Source: Tubiluchus corallicola
Lineage: Eukaryota > Animalia > Priapulida
Direction of reading: 5' to 3'
Assembly (NCBI GenBank): GCA_030141605.1
Contig: JAQGDQ010000076.1
Coordinates: 62,001-126,000, forward strand
DNA: 64,000 nt
Position 1 is the first letter of the stretch; each line of letters begins with the position of its first letter. The translations under genes were made by a program, and so were the position numbers. The notes beneath the pieces were generated by a model. That model was not told the origin of the DNA. It saw only the letters and a list, made by a program, of their open reading frames with translations, and did no database searches. Positions 10,903 to 37,300 of the stretch are shown piece after piece.

Positions 10903-11262
10903 AATCTCGGTTTGCCGGACAAAAGCGGGAGACGTCGGTCCAAATTTGCCGACTGTCCGTATTTTCCTATACTAAACTAATAGTACAGTAGGCGTCATGC
11001 ATTAGAATCATGGTAATGTAAAATCAATCAACTAATTGTCTGAGAAACGTCTAATATGGGCCGCAGAATTATATAAAAACTGCCGGTAATTGACTCAAAT
11101 AACTTTGCATAATTGATTCTATATTTTTATACATAGAGATATACACATGGTTACACTGATGTACCTGGTGTAAACAAAGTGACAGCCTGCCAACTAGCGG
11201 TCAGCTCTTGAAATAACGGACTGTGTCCATATTATGCGGGACATTTAAGATATGAGTGGATC
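10903..11262. mobile_element. Insertion in the LINE containing MITE fragments
   Basis: Interrupts the reading frame after DHNMITL. It includes tacagtaggc... and aattgactcaaataact...gcataatt, which are shared with the 12625 MITE. Confidence 0.55.
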
Positions 11263-12624
11263 TTGGAAGTGAACTGGGTTGAAATTTACAAAAGTGAAAA
11301 TAAAGAAAATACTAACAAAACAGTTAAGGTTTTCAATGAAAGTCGAATAGAACTGTTCAAAAATAAGACAAATAAATGCAATCTTGGGAAAGTGTGAGAG
11401 AACGACAAACATTTAAATAAGCTATATAAAGAATGGGAAAATGAAGTAACTCACATTGCAAATCAGTGTTTTGAAATTAAAAAGAAAATGGAAAGAAGCT
11501 TCAAACTGGTAAAGTTGAAAGGAAACTGAATAAAGACAAAAAAGCAATTTTCAAAAAAATAGATGGTGTGCTGAATGATGATGAGGTTGTAAGAAGATAT
11601 AAATAATAGCTAAGGCTAATAGATGAAATGATTGTTAAAGAGCATCAACTAGTAAAGAGTACAAAAATCAAAAATACTTTGAACAAGATTACTACTAAAG
11701 GAACATTTGATGCGCAAGGTATTTGGAAGTTCAAAAAACAAATGGGCAAACCCAAAGGGGAACTTATTACTGTCATGAAAGACCAAAATGCTGTAGTATG
11801 TGAATATGCAGAGGAAATAAGGTTAATTTTTGAACAATACTACTATCACCTGTTGAATCAGTTTGAGCTTTAAAATGAAAAGGAAGAAAGCATTAAAAGA
11901 TATGTAGAAGGTATGCATAAGATAATTAAACATATAGCAGGTACTGAAGAAATTGAATCAATTACAGAGGAAGAAATTGATGTGGCTATCAAAGATCTAA
12001 AAAAACAGAAAATCATGTGATAGACAGGAATGGAAGAATGATATACTTAAAGCAGGGGACGAAGACCATTTAACTAGTATTGCAAAGGTGTTTAATCAAA
12101 TTTTCAGCAGTAAAGAAATTCCAGAAGAATGGAAAACTATGAAAACTAAGTCAGTTTACAAAGGCAAAGGTGATAAAAAAACTGATGGAAAACAGGAGAG
12201 GTACTTTCATTACAAACATAATAAGCAAACAGTCTGAAAAAATTATTAAAAATAGAATTATTGACGAATTACGAATGACTTTAGGAAGACCACAATGTGC
12301 TGGAATATCTAATCGAAGTACTGCTGATCACCTATTCACTATTAGGGCAATTTCAAACTACAATAAATAATTAAACAATGATATTTATATGACATTTTTT
12401 GACATAGAAAATGCTTTGATAAGCTTTGGTTTAAAGATGCAGTAGTTGAAATGTGGCATTTAGGGATACCAGCACACATTTGTGAGTTCATTTTCAACTT
12501 GAATGAGATAGCATATGCTGCTGTTGACACACACCAGTTGGTATCAGTAAAGAAATTAAAATAAAGGAATCGGTTAGGCAGGGAACCGTGTTAGGTCTGC
12601 TGTTGTGCTGTGCAACAGTAAATA

Positions 12625-13394
12625 CAGTAGGCACTGCTTAATAGACTCAATCGCTTAATTGACTCAAAAACGCCTGGTACGGGCCGCTTCTATTCAAATG
12701 TACATAAAAACTATCAGTAATTGACTCAAATAACTCCGCATAATTAACTCAATATTTTTCCTTCACATGCTTCAATAAGACACTTTTGTGTGACTAATAA
12801 GCTTTTATGACTTTTATAGTTGGATTTTATCCCAGTTGGATTTAGTCCCATAATATACATAGAAACAATCACGTTAAGTACCATTTTGTTTGTACACAGG
12901 AATGTTTAGCATACCTAATTATACTAGCCTAATAGTTTGCTTTCACCCGTTGGTCCACGCAATTAACCTCGTTACCCAAGAATTCCTGGAAGCTAAACAT
13001 TTAATCACTTGTTTAGCGGTTTGCTTTTGAAGCTCTGGCAGTCTTTGCCAGAAAGTTTAACACAGTTAGATGTTGCTGTTATGCCAGGGACATTGCCAGC
13101 TTAATTTTTGCAAATAAGTAGACTTGTGTGATTTAAAAAAGTATACTTTTTAATTTATTGCTAATTCACTTATATAAGTTAATATTTTAATTTTTTTTCT
13201 AATTTTTAACTGTACAAAAGAATTTAGGTTTTACTTCGTTTCTAAAATTTATTAAAAACCTTTGCAGTGCATAGTAAGCTAGTGACTCATGCCTCTATAC
13301 CAGTAATACTGTATCCATCGGTTAATAGGTTCAGTCGGTTAATTGGGTCAAAACACTTCGGTCCCAAAGTGAGTCTATTAAGCGGCACCTACTA
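12625..13394. mobile_element. Tc1/mariner-pogo-type MITE with TA target duplication
   Basis: TIRs CAGTAGGCACTGCTTAATAGACTCA / TGAGTCTATTAAGCGGCACCTACTA flanked by TA. Removing it restores the RT frame (CATVN-RINSIEK...YVDD). Confidence 0.85.
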
Positions 13395-14594
13395 TAGAAT
13401 AAATTCTATTGAAAAAGCAAAAACAGTAATAACTCCTGAGCTTGAAACAGAAATGATGATATATGTAGATGATATTTTAGGGATGGGAGACGAAAATACA
13501 ATTAAAAGAATGACTAAAAATTGTACAAAAACTGAAGAGTAAGAAAAAATTATGTTAAAAACACAATAAATGCAAACAAAGATGACTAGAAAGAAAATAA
13601 CTCCCTCACTTAAAGAAAAAAAAATAGTAAAGGAGAAATTAGAGAAAAATAAAGCTATAAATACCCTGGTGATTGGCTAAATGAGAAAAACACCTATAAG
13701 ACGTTAATTGAAAAGCGAAAAGAGCAGAACAAATTTAAAATCAGCTATATTAACTCCATAGCAAAAATTAGTAAAGCAGGAATAATGTCAGTAGAAATAA
13801 AACTAAAAGTCTACAAATCACTTGCAATACCATCATTAATTTATAATTCTGAAACTTAGTCAAACATGAAAAAAATGAGCTTGATTAATTTCAAACAAAT
13901 GGAAAGCATTCAAGGCAAGTCAAGTCAATAAGAATTACGTTGGGAATGGCTAAAACTACAAGTTATAGGGGTTAGTATGAGAATTGGGAATATGGCCAAT
14001 TGAAGAGCGTATTTGCTACACAAAATTTGTTTTACAGAATTCTTTTAATATCAGGAAGTGAAAAGTTAGCCAGCAAAGTTGCGGCACAGCAAACAACATA
14101 TTGGCATGAGGGTAATTGGTATAGTGAAATTGAAAAAATAGCAAACATTTATGGAATTACTATTAACAAGGAATATGTGAAAAATCAAAATAAATTAGAG
14201 TGGAAAAATATGTAAAATTTAGAATAACATCTGTGATACGAGACATATGCAGTGAACATATAAATAAGAGCACAAAATTAATACTTCTGGAAATCAATAA
14301 ATGGTTAAAGAACGATTGTTTTACAAAATTCAGTCATGTAGAAGTTAAAAATACTTTGGATTTAAGACTTAATATGGTCAAAATAAAAGCAAATTTCAAG
14401 GTTTCACTTATAAGAAATTTAATGTGCGCAATAGAGAATTAGACACGGCAGAATATTTGTTTATTTGTAGCAAATATAAAAGGATTAGAGAACATCTAGG
14501 CGAGGTCTCAACAGAGGATGTTAAAAGCTGTTGTAGTGATATGCGAATGATTGTTTGTTTTATAGGGAAAGCATTTTATATGGACGAATATCTT

Positions 14595-14950
14595 AGCCAA
14601 GTATGGAACCCGCACTTTATCAAAGATATGAATCTACTTGAAAGTGTACAACAACGTACAGTCAACATGGTTGAAGGACTCAATGGGTTAACTTACGAAC
14701 AGAAACTAAGAAAGAGAAACCTGCAGCTGTACAGACTCTTTATTAGAAGCATCAGTAGCACCAGAGGACACAGTTGTAAGGTCTATCAGAGAAGAGCCAA
14801 CACTAATAGATGTCGACTTAGTTTTTCCAATGCTGAGATTGGTCTATGGAACTCGTTACCGGAACATATACTATAGTTAGTGCTGCAAATGTGACATGTT
14901 TCAAGAATAACCTTGACAAACACCTCTGTACAAGAAATCTCCTATTTTAA
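14595..14950 (+). mobile_element. CR1-type LINE 3' fragment
   Basis: QVWNPHFIKDMNLLESVQQR...LTYEQKL...TRGHSCK...WNSLPE is the characteristic CR1 ORF2 C-terminus. Confidence 0.8.
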
Positions 14951-15030
14951 CGCCACTTGGTGTGCTCGGAGATGGAGCATGTTACTGCACCTACACTAAG
15001 AACAGGTCAGAGCTCTGTAAGGTCTATTAG

Positions 15031-16462
15031 TAGGGTGGCTGAACGAAAATTGTAGAGCGCGCCACCATAGTCGCAACTGTGCTCATTTGATAGTGCTATG
15101 AGCATATAGTTAATTAAAAAAAACCAGATTTAAAATAATTAGTTTGTCTTGAAATGGCGGTCAGTTAAAGTTCAAAAAAACGCTCGCGCTTTAGGAGTAA
15201 CAAAAAATGGCTAAGTCCGGTTTGAGCAAAAAGTTAAAAATTGTACTTTTAGCATTCTATTATTTATAACTAAAAATTCCAAATACAGGTTTTAGTATGT
15301 TAGTGTTGTTAAATGGAGTGCATTGCACGAAAAATAATCATATCAAGTCCTATGGCAACATAGTATTCATTTTTCCAGCATCCAAAATTCATCCGAAAGA
15401 TGTTTTACCTTAACAGGTGTGAAAATGGACCTTTTACGAAACTGTGCTAACTTGTCAACTTTGGACTGTTATAAAAGATGCCAATTCAGCTGGTAGTTAA
15501 TAGTTAATATGACTTTTGGTAGCTCAGTGTACATAGAACAGATATTCATAAACACTTTGCATCTTCAGATTTATGCTAGGGAAAATTTTTACAGGAAAAA
15601 CCGGGAAAACAGCATTTTCGTGAGTATTACGAAATTTACGATTTGAAAACTATGCGTTTTAGAAAGTGGGATTTAGTTGGTTACACACAGCCATTGAAGT
15701 GATTTTTCTGTGTTTAGTGCCAAATCCATGTTTTCCTCTTGTACAGGTAAAAATCTAGGATGAAGAAACTCCGTTGTCATGGTAACGCATTAATTAATTC
15801 TTTGTAGAACTAATCCAAGAGCATTTTAAAGTTATTTTCTTCAAAAATAATACCTTAAATCTGTAATCTTTTATCATAGGGCATGTACTACCTTGATTAC
15901 ACCTGTTTTAATGCATTGATGATCTACTTCCAGGCACATCTAATTGATATTTTTATCATTTTTGTTACTTCGTGGTATAATATAAATGTTAACCAAATCA
16001 TAATTAATGATGTGCGTTTTAGTACCCAAGAACGGTTATCAAGGGCTTCACAAAACCTATTGCTGGAAATTCTTAATTAGTTTCACCTGACACAACTAAT
16101 CGATAACTGTTTTATTTTATAATTTTAAATGCCAATTGTTACCTTTTCTCAGATACCCAGATACGTTTCTTAAGAAATGATACAGCATGGAAAAGCTGGA
16201 TACATAATAGGTCTGCAATTTCTCCAGGTGCATGTAATGCACCCCTTGATCACACCTGTTCTAATGTATTTTTTTCCTTTTTTCGGGCATATCTAATTGA
16301 TGTTTTTAATTTTATAATTTATGCAATATAGACAACAAAGTATCTATAAAGTAAAATTTCTTTATTTTAATAAAGCATTATGATCTTTAAACGTTAATCA
16401 TTAAGGATGCTTAAATCCAAACACATTGTAACACATTAATTTTTCTAATGTAAGCCACTCCA
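15031..16462. mobile_element. Probable non-autonomous DNA transposon with degenerate TIRs
   Basis: Ends are TAGGGTGGCT and AGCCACTCCA. An internal diverged repeat (ccttgat.acacctgtt.taatg...atctaattgat) occurs at ~15890 and ~16245. No coding capacity. Confidence 0.45.
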
Positions 16463-17306
16463 TCAAACTTGAGGTTCTGCACTATAAAACATCCACTGGA
16501 AGTTCAATACATCACAAAAATGAACCCAAGCTTTACAATCAAAGCACTGGATTGACCCATACCCAATCCATTTCACACTACACTTAGAGCATATATCACT
16601 ATTTCCTGCGCTAAACTGATTAGCTTTATCGTGTTCATTCGGTATGCTCACTGCTTTTCCTATTCCACTGTCATTCTCAATTTGCCCAAAATCTTCGCTC
16701 GAGTCACTTCTCTTGACTACTTCGTTAGACTGCAAATTTAAACTCCCAACTTGCTAATGCAATCCCTTCATCATTAATTTCTTCACTGCTATTTCTGTTG
16801 TTCACACAGTCCATCTTAATCTGACAGTTTTGACTAGTTTCTCTATACATCTTTTCTCTAACGATCATCGGTATTTTTTATCACATAAAAAATGTTTATC
16901 TAAATTCCTTTTGCTTACCGTAATAGTAGAATAATCCTATTTTGCATTTGTCCTATTTTATAATTTAACAAGATGGAAGTTGTAACTACCCTTTATTAAA
17001 GTAAAATTAAAATTAAGAAACTGGATGTACTATTAATTTGAATAAACTATACAAACATTATAATTTGAACAAACTATATGTTCAGATGTAATAACATGCC
17101 AACTTTAGATGACAGAAAATCTCTATCTTGCTATGTACCTTCAGTTATAAACATATCAGTCTTCTCTTATTTTTATGACTCAATGACTTAAAGTTTCTTT
17201 CTTTTTTTAAAGTGATTAATATTTGGATGATCTGAGTGAGAAATCCCAGAGGTGCAAGTTGGATTCCAAAATTTCCAACCTGTGTAACATAAGCAATAGT
17301 CTCAGC

Positions 17307-30510
<13,204 letters not shown>

Positions 30511-32563
30511 CATCAGACGTGTTCCACTAGCTGCTGATGTAATAATGTTATCTTAATATTAGTTTTGGCCAAATGTAATATCATGTATACTATATTAATG
30601 TACTTGAACATGTAAAATGATTTTTTGTTACTTGCTGAAAGTACTAAAAGTATAAATATATATGTAAAAAGTGAAAAGGTTGATGTAACCCTGCTTCAGT
30701 ACTTTGTACTTTTCTGTTAGTGTTTTTTTGTATAAGTACAACAAAACAATTCCGATATTATTCAGAAAATTGCTAGTTACACTATTTGTTATTTTTTGCT
30801 GCTAACAGTTTTTTCTACTGAGCAAAAAACCTTTCTGCTCTTCCAGTAGTTTCGATGTGTTAGCATATTACTGAGCCACAAAATAAGAATTCTTCTTGTG
30901 ATAATACTGCCAGTGACTGGATGGCAAAATAAATTGTGATTAGAAGTTTTTCTTTATAGATATAAAATACAGTAAAGTAGAGTGAAATAGCTGAGTTAGC
31001 AATCATAGTTTAGCAACATGCTAGGCCTGGTCACTCTCTTCTGGATGGTTGCTGTACTGAAGCCAACTATTTCTCTAGTGAAGTGGCGTGTCTGTCACAC
31101 ATGATTAAGGCATATCTGTCACTTATTCAGTGTCTCATTTAGAAGCCTATTATTTGACAGCGAGATAGATAAATAAGTGGGATTGTCATTGGCTGAACCC
31201 TGAATACCAACTTGTAGTATCCCAAAATATAGTAAAAACATGGTTTCTCTGTAAGTTTTTAATTAACGTTATGAATTGTATTAAAATTGTATTTCCTTCA
31301 ACGATCTTCTCAATTGGGTCTTCAAAAAAACATGGCATAAAATGGAAAATTGATTAAGTTTTGGTTTTGGTCTTTAACAATGGCAATGTGTCCAATGCTT
31401 CTAGTGATAATCGATAATCTTGTATAGTGTAAATAGACCATTCATCGTTGTGTGTAATTATTTACAAAGTTTTGAATGTGCAAATCAGATTTAGTGAAGC
31501 TGTTTGTGGTTTTGAAATCAAACATTGTTTGTTTGATTGCACACAATTATATTCAAATTTCAGCCGTGTTTTGCTTGCTTAAGCTGCTTACATATTTTAA
31601 CAGGACGATGCACATATGACACAGTACCATAATAATGTGATGTGTTTAAAAGAGTGCAGGGAACACTTGCTTTTGTTTGGATTAACATCTGTAGGTGCTT
31701 ATTTTTTTATATTTTTTGTTAGCTTTTTTTAAATTGTGATCATTCAGGTGAAAGTAATGAGTGCATATTAGTATGTTGTAAGCTAATAACGCATTATGCA
31801 GTACGTAAAGCGTCATTTAAATAATAGTTGATGCAGTTAGTATTATTTAATTTTGCAAAGTTCTGGTATGCTGTTTAGACATCTTATTTTAATGAGCTGG
31901 TGTTGGTGATAGTGTTGTATAATTCTTTTATCACCAACACCCTGTCTGATCTGTTCATTATGTAGGGTTCTGTGCTTCACACTTACTTTATGACATTTTC
32001 TTTTTGTACGGCCTGGCGATGGTTGGTTTTGAATTCGTACGTGTTAAATCTGCGTGCAGTTTTGCAGTTTTAAATTTAAAGTCCTGCCTTGGCTTTTGTC
32101 CAAGATGACAGTTACAATAAGTTGACCATCTCTAAACATATTCTGCTTTAGTATTTTGATTAAGAATGTTTATCGAATGTAAATGGGGAATAGCTGAGCT
32201 GTACACCTTGTACTTTTTTGTACCATAGTTATTTTAACGGCTTTCAGCCCTTTATGTTAAGTTTTCTGTTAATTTTTCTTTGCAGAAAAATCGTTCCTAG
32301 TTTATTCCTCCCCCATTGATGAAATACTTTTAATGATTTGCAAAATCCTTGTATACTATATAAACACCAGCTTGTATTTTGCACAAGAGATCTGTTAGCT
32401 TTTCACCTTTTAATGGTAGCTTGCTTAGCTTGATGTTAAAACTAGAGATTGGAGTGAAAAGCATTGTGTATATTTACTATTCCTTAGTGAAACAGTTTTT
32501 GTTCTAATCGACTTGAAATCGTCCATTGCCACAAGTGCAAACTATATCGTCGCGTAATTAAAT

Positions 32564-32646
32564 AATAAATGTGTCAACAAAAATGACTTGACAAAGAAGA
32601 AAAACATTGTACATATTATACAGTTTTCACATATTATTATAATAAA
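32564..32646 (+). terminator. Likely PAP polyadenylation signals (3' UTR ~2.1 kb)
   Basis: AATAAA at ~32564 and at 32641; the second is followed by the GT-rich tgtgttgtgg at ~32664. Confidence 0.5.
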
Positions 32647-34169
32647 TTGTATTTCGATAACCATGTGTTGTGGCTAATCTTTATAGGCTTGGCTGAAAAA
32701 TGCACATTATTGGTATTAACTATTAAAGATTAACTATTGACCTGTAATGCTTGTTTTGTTTTTATTAATAGATGAGCCGCATGTGCCACAAAAACATATG
32801 TATCCATTGTAATTCCAATTGAAGGAACAGAATTGTGTAATTTAATGGGCAATCGGGCAGCAGGTTCTTGTTGGTCAGCAACCTAATAATGTTAAGCAGA
32901 CCATCAGATGAATCAGAATTTGTGACGTACCAATAAAGAAAATTAAAACGAATTATTTTGATTCAGCATTATTTTGCTATTGCATGGATGTTGGCATGTA
33001 ACTGCCCAATAATACACAATTCTTAAAATGTTAATCGATAGCAGAATGAACTCATGATTTATTATTTTTTTAAAAACAAAGTATTACAGCAGGAAGTGTA
33101 GAAATTTGGATCATAGATTCGTCTAATGGATTAAGAAATATTCTACTGCTCAGCACCTTGGTATAGTATTAAAAATTTGAAACTCAATAACTGTCGTTAT
33201 ATGAGCAATTTCTTGCATTGTCTAATGGGAAAAACGTTGGTGGACTTTTTAAAACTTCATTTTTCTCACTCTTCTGCTCACACTCCAATTAAAAATCTGT
33301 GTGGGGAGTCTGTGCCACTGGAGGGTTTCTTCTGCTCTGGAATTAGGATGTCAGAAAGTACAGCTCATTTTCCGACAGTTTGCACTATGGAAAATTTCAG
33401 GAGTATGGTAAATAATTAGTATTCTAACAATTCAGGCCGTTCAGTTGGGAACTTTTAAAGGCCATTTATTTCGACTCTAATGAGTCACTGAAACATCGAG
33501 GAATGCCGTAATTATGTCATGAATGGTAAAATCAGCTTATTAGTGCTCAACACATTTTAATTTCTTTGAAGTACGTTTTTGCAGAAGTCTTGTGTTGTTA
33601 AGCTATTTTTCCACAATTGGTAAAATTACTTCCAGATTTGGAAAAAGATTCATGTGGTGCTTAGATTTTACAAAAGTTACAATTAAGTTCTGTTTGAAGA
33701 ATTTTTTGACATTTTTGTGTCACAATAATTAAACAGCTACTTCATGGATCCAAATAAGACGGTTTAAAAATGACTTTTTCATGCTTTTTACCTAATACAA
33801 CATATATAGACGATACACTGTAGTGCAAATTCAACCAACATTTGTACATATGTAACAAATAGCATAATTACGTCTTAGCATTAAATTTTGCGGATTTTCC
33901 TGAAATAAACCTACTATGTGATATATAAACCAGTCGGTGTTGCTAATTCATATTTTGTATGAGTAAAACAGATTATTTTTAAAGGAAGTCTAGCAGTTGT
34001 TTAGCAGAAACTAGCTGTAGAGACAAATTACTGCCTGCTTATCACAATGGTTTGTGCTTTGTAAGCGAGAACCCGTTACATCCGCTTCTTTTCAAGTCAC
34101 TGTTCGTGAAATCTCATTGGACAGTACTTAATAGAGCTTATATACACCCGATTCCCAACTGTACCCAAA

Positions 34170-34249
34170 CCAATAGCAGTGCTGAATGGAAAACTGTGGG
34201 CAGCCCTTGAAGCGACGCAGTTCCGCCATTAAAAGCTGCAGTATATAAA
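34170..34249 (+). promoter_or_regulatory. Putative TFIIA core promoter (CCAAT + TATA)
   Basis: CCAAT at 34170 and TATATAAA at 34242-34249, in a locally GC-richer stretch ~90 bp before the ATG. Confidence 0.5.
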
Positions 34250-34333
34250 CAGGCAGTGTCAGAAGGTGGACGGCTTCGGATGAGGCCAGTTGCTGTGGTT
34301 TTTATTGTCTAGTTTCTTCGTTATTTTAGAAAA

Positions 34334-37300
34334 ATGGCCAATCCTAATCCTGTGGTAAGTTTCACGAAATTTCAAAGATTCTTTTAGTCTTAAAATTGTG
34401 TCTATAAAGTTTTTATTAAACGCTTACAAAGCAAGTATAATTCACTATCATTCGGAAGATGATACAGCAGAACGAATGCGCTCTCGCGATGGCGACTGTA
34501 CTTTTATAGAGATTTGCGTATGAGGTGTGACAGGGGTATTTAGTAACGGGGAAAGAGGCACGAAAGGAAGCACGTGCAGTACGGCTACCGCCTGGGTTTG
34601 TGTAGGAGCGCCTTAGTAATGTTTAGTAATAATAATTGCTAGGTTACTTGTAGCGTCTTGTCTAGCTTAAACAGACTAATTTTGGCTGATATTTTGTTTA
34701 TTTATTTTCACGTCACCCACAGAAAATAATTAAAAACAAATGTTTATATAAAAAAATAAAATTAATCAATGACGTGGGGGAGACGCTTAGAGGCTAAATT
34801 ACCTGCTTTATAAGTGTGTGTCAAAAAGTAAAAATCTACTTAAATCCACAGCATTTAATCTAGTTTGAAAAAGTTTTGTAGTTTGCGCTGTTACAAGTAG
34901 AAATCCATTTACTTTCGCAGGTAAGTTATTTCAGACAGCGATAACCCTGTTTCAGAAAAAGTCATCAGTACGTCTAACAAAGAGTTTGAGTGAATGGTTA
35001 TCTTTGGTTTTGGGGTCAATAGCCTTAGTAAAAAAACTGTCAAAATCTAGATACAGCTATTTATGAACAAATTTGTAGTGCATTAAACCTGCTTCAAGGC
35101 AGCATGTTCGAGAGCCTGCAGTCCTAAAATGTTTACTCATTCTGGATAGTGAGCATGATTCATACTGCATATGTAAAAAAAGTCTGTGGATGACAGGATG
35201 TGATAACGTTGAACCTTTCCAACTGTATCAATGTCACCGGATTGACTCTAGCTGCTTCTACAGGCGTGCAATATCCTAAACTGGGCCTAACATAAACTCT
35301 ATAGGCTCTGATGACTGCCTCTTTGTAATAAGTACTAAAATGCGGGCTGTCATGTTAATAACTTTGTTAGCTTTTGTACGTATTTCAGTGAGATGGTCTC
35401 TGCTTTATTTTGTTAGATACAGTCACAACCAAGTCACGCATGCTGTTTACAAAAAGGAAATCATTACCATCGAGACATTAACCTTTGCATCCGTGGGTTA
35501 TTTTTACCAATATGGAAAATATTACATTTAGAAAAAGAAACATTAAGTTGCCACGCTTTGGCCCCTTTCAGCAAATTGTTTAGTGCTGACTGAAAGTTAT
35601 TAGAGTCATGAACTTCTCGTTTTTGATAAAGGTTTTCATCATCTGCAAACATTAGTAAGAGCCCTCCCTGCATTTGTTGGCAAGTCATTTATACACGTTG
35701 AAAATAAGACTGGGCCAATAACGCTCCCTTGAATTACACCAGAGGCAACAGGTACATGCTGACACAGATGAACCGACAACAACACATTGTTTCCTAGCTG
35801 TGATATCAGCATAATTATTGGAGTTCTTGGTATTCTCAAAACACATCTACTGTGACAGAAAGTACTGTATTAAATGATGTGAAGATGTGAACTCGGCAGG
35901 CAGCAGTTAAATATTCTTGCTCATGTCTTTAGGTTTACAAATCAAACTATGTTAATTCCACATATTTAGCTGTATATACCTCTCTACTGGTTTTTGCAGC
36001 AATTCTGATTGATAAATTCCACAACAAATATTTATACATTATTCATGTACGATATAAGTCTGAAACACTAAAATTCCTACAATTGTCGATAATTCATTTC
36101 ATTTTGTTTCAAAAATTTTTTCAAGAAAATAAAGATAAGATTTATCCAGATGCTGTCATTTATAATGAGTACAAAATTACAAATAGAGTTGTGCTTACTA
36201 CTTGGCTGCACGAATACAACCGGCCATTTATATATAATGCACCATGGAATACAAGTAATTCTCTGGTAAAAGTTCACTTTTTGTTTTCAGCCAAAATTGT
36301 ATCGATCAGTCATTGAAGATGTGATCAATAATGTTCGTGAGCTTTTTATAGACGAGGGCTTGGATGAGCAAATATTACAAGAACTAAAACAGGTATATAA
36401 TTGACTTTTATGTAAATAATAAAGTAGTCTATAAAGTGCACAACACTTGAGCAGTTATAAAAATTAATCATTTCAAGTCTTATTTCCTCTTATTTTGTAC
36501 TAGGTAGTAGGAGTGAACATCAAGTGTTCCAATCGAATTCAAACGTGCATACTCAAACATGTTCTTTTTAGTTTGAATTCGATTCGAACCTAAAATTATG
36601 GTTTCGAGAAATTAACACTTCCACTACCTAACCTCTTTATCATTAAAACTGAATACAAAATCTCAAAATTCAGTTTGACTCGCATTTGAAAGTCACAAAT
36701 TCAAATAAATTCGAATCACTTTCTGGTGGAGACGGCTCACTTGCTCACCCCTACTAGGTGGCAACCTACTAGTGTGCTAAACTAGAGTAAAGCCTCTTTT
36801 TATTTTAATCTAAATTGTCGTAGTGGTTAGAATTTTTACGACCCTACCTATTTGATCAGTCAAAAGGAAATGCTAATCATACTATAACTCTTACTTGTTT
36901 TGTTTTTGACTAATAGGTGGCAGCACAAATAATGTAATATTTGAGTCAGGCTTGATCAGTAGCTATTTTTGCCCAAAACATTAGCACAATTACTGTAATT
37001 TCAGACATTAATAATTAAATTACTAATACTAACTTTTATTAAGTTTTGAAACAAACTGTAGTGGAATTATGTGTTTTTTCAGATTTGGGAAAGTAAGTTA
37101 CTGCAATCAAAAGCCATCGATACAATGCCGGCTGAGAACGAACATGTATTATCCACACAGTTTGCCTTGCAGGAGCAGCAGGCCTTGAGGGCTAGGCAAG
37201 CAGCGGAGGAAAGTGCGAGGCAACAGCAAGCCCAAGCCCAAGCGCAAGGTAGCAAACTAATTAAGGCTATGTTTAGGCTTGCTGCATCATTATCTCTTGT

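Larger units (their letters stand above)
10593..14594 (+). mobile_element. Decayed non-LTR retrotransposon ORF2 (APE endonuclease + RT + C-terminal zinc-knuckle-like region)
   Basis: LLVGDFSAKVG...SVRDFIM...DHNMITL (endonuclease); NRSTADHLF, RQGTVLG and YVDDI (RT); LRLNMVKIKANFK...DTAEYLFIC at the C-terminus. Many stops and frameshifts and two insertions. Confidence 0.85.

Noticed and set aside
17223-17306. N-terminal extension of PAP from the TTG start in the ORF track
   Set aside because: It needs a non-ATG start and has no similarity to PAP; homology begins after ATG 17307.
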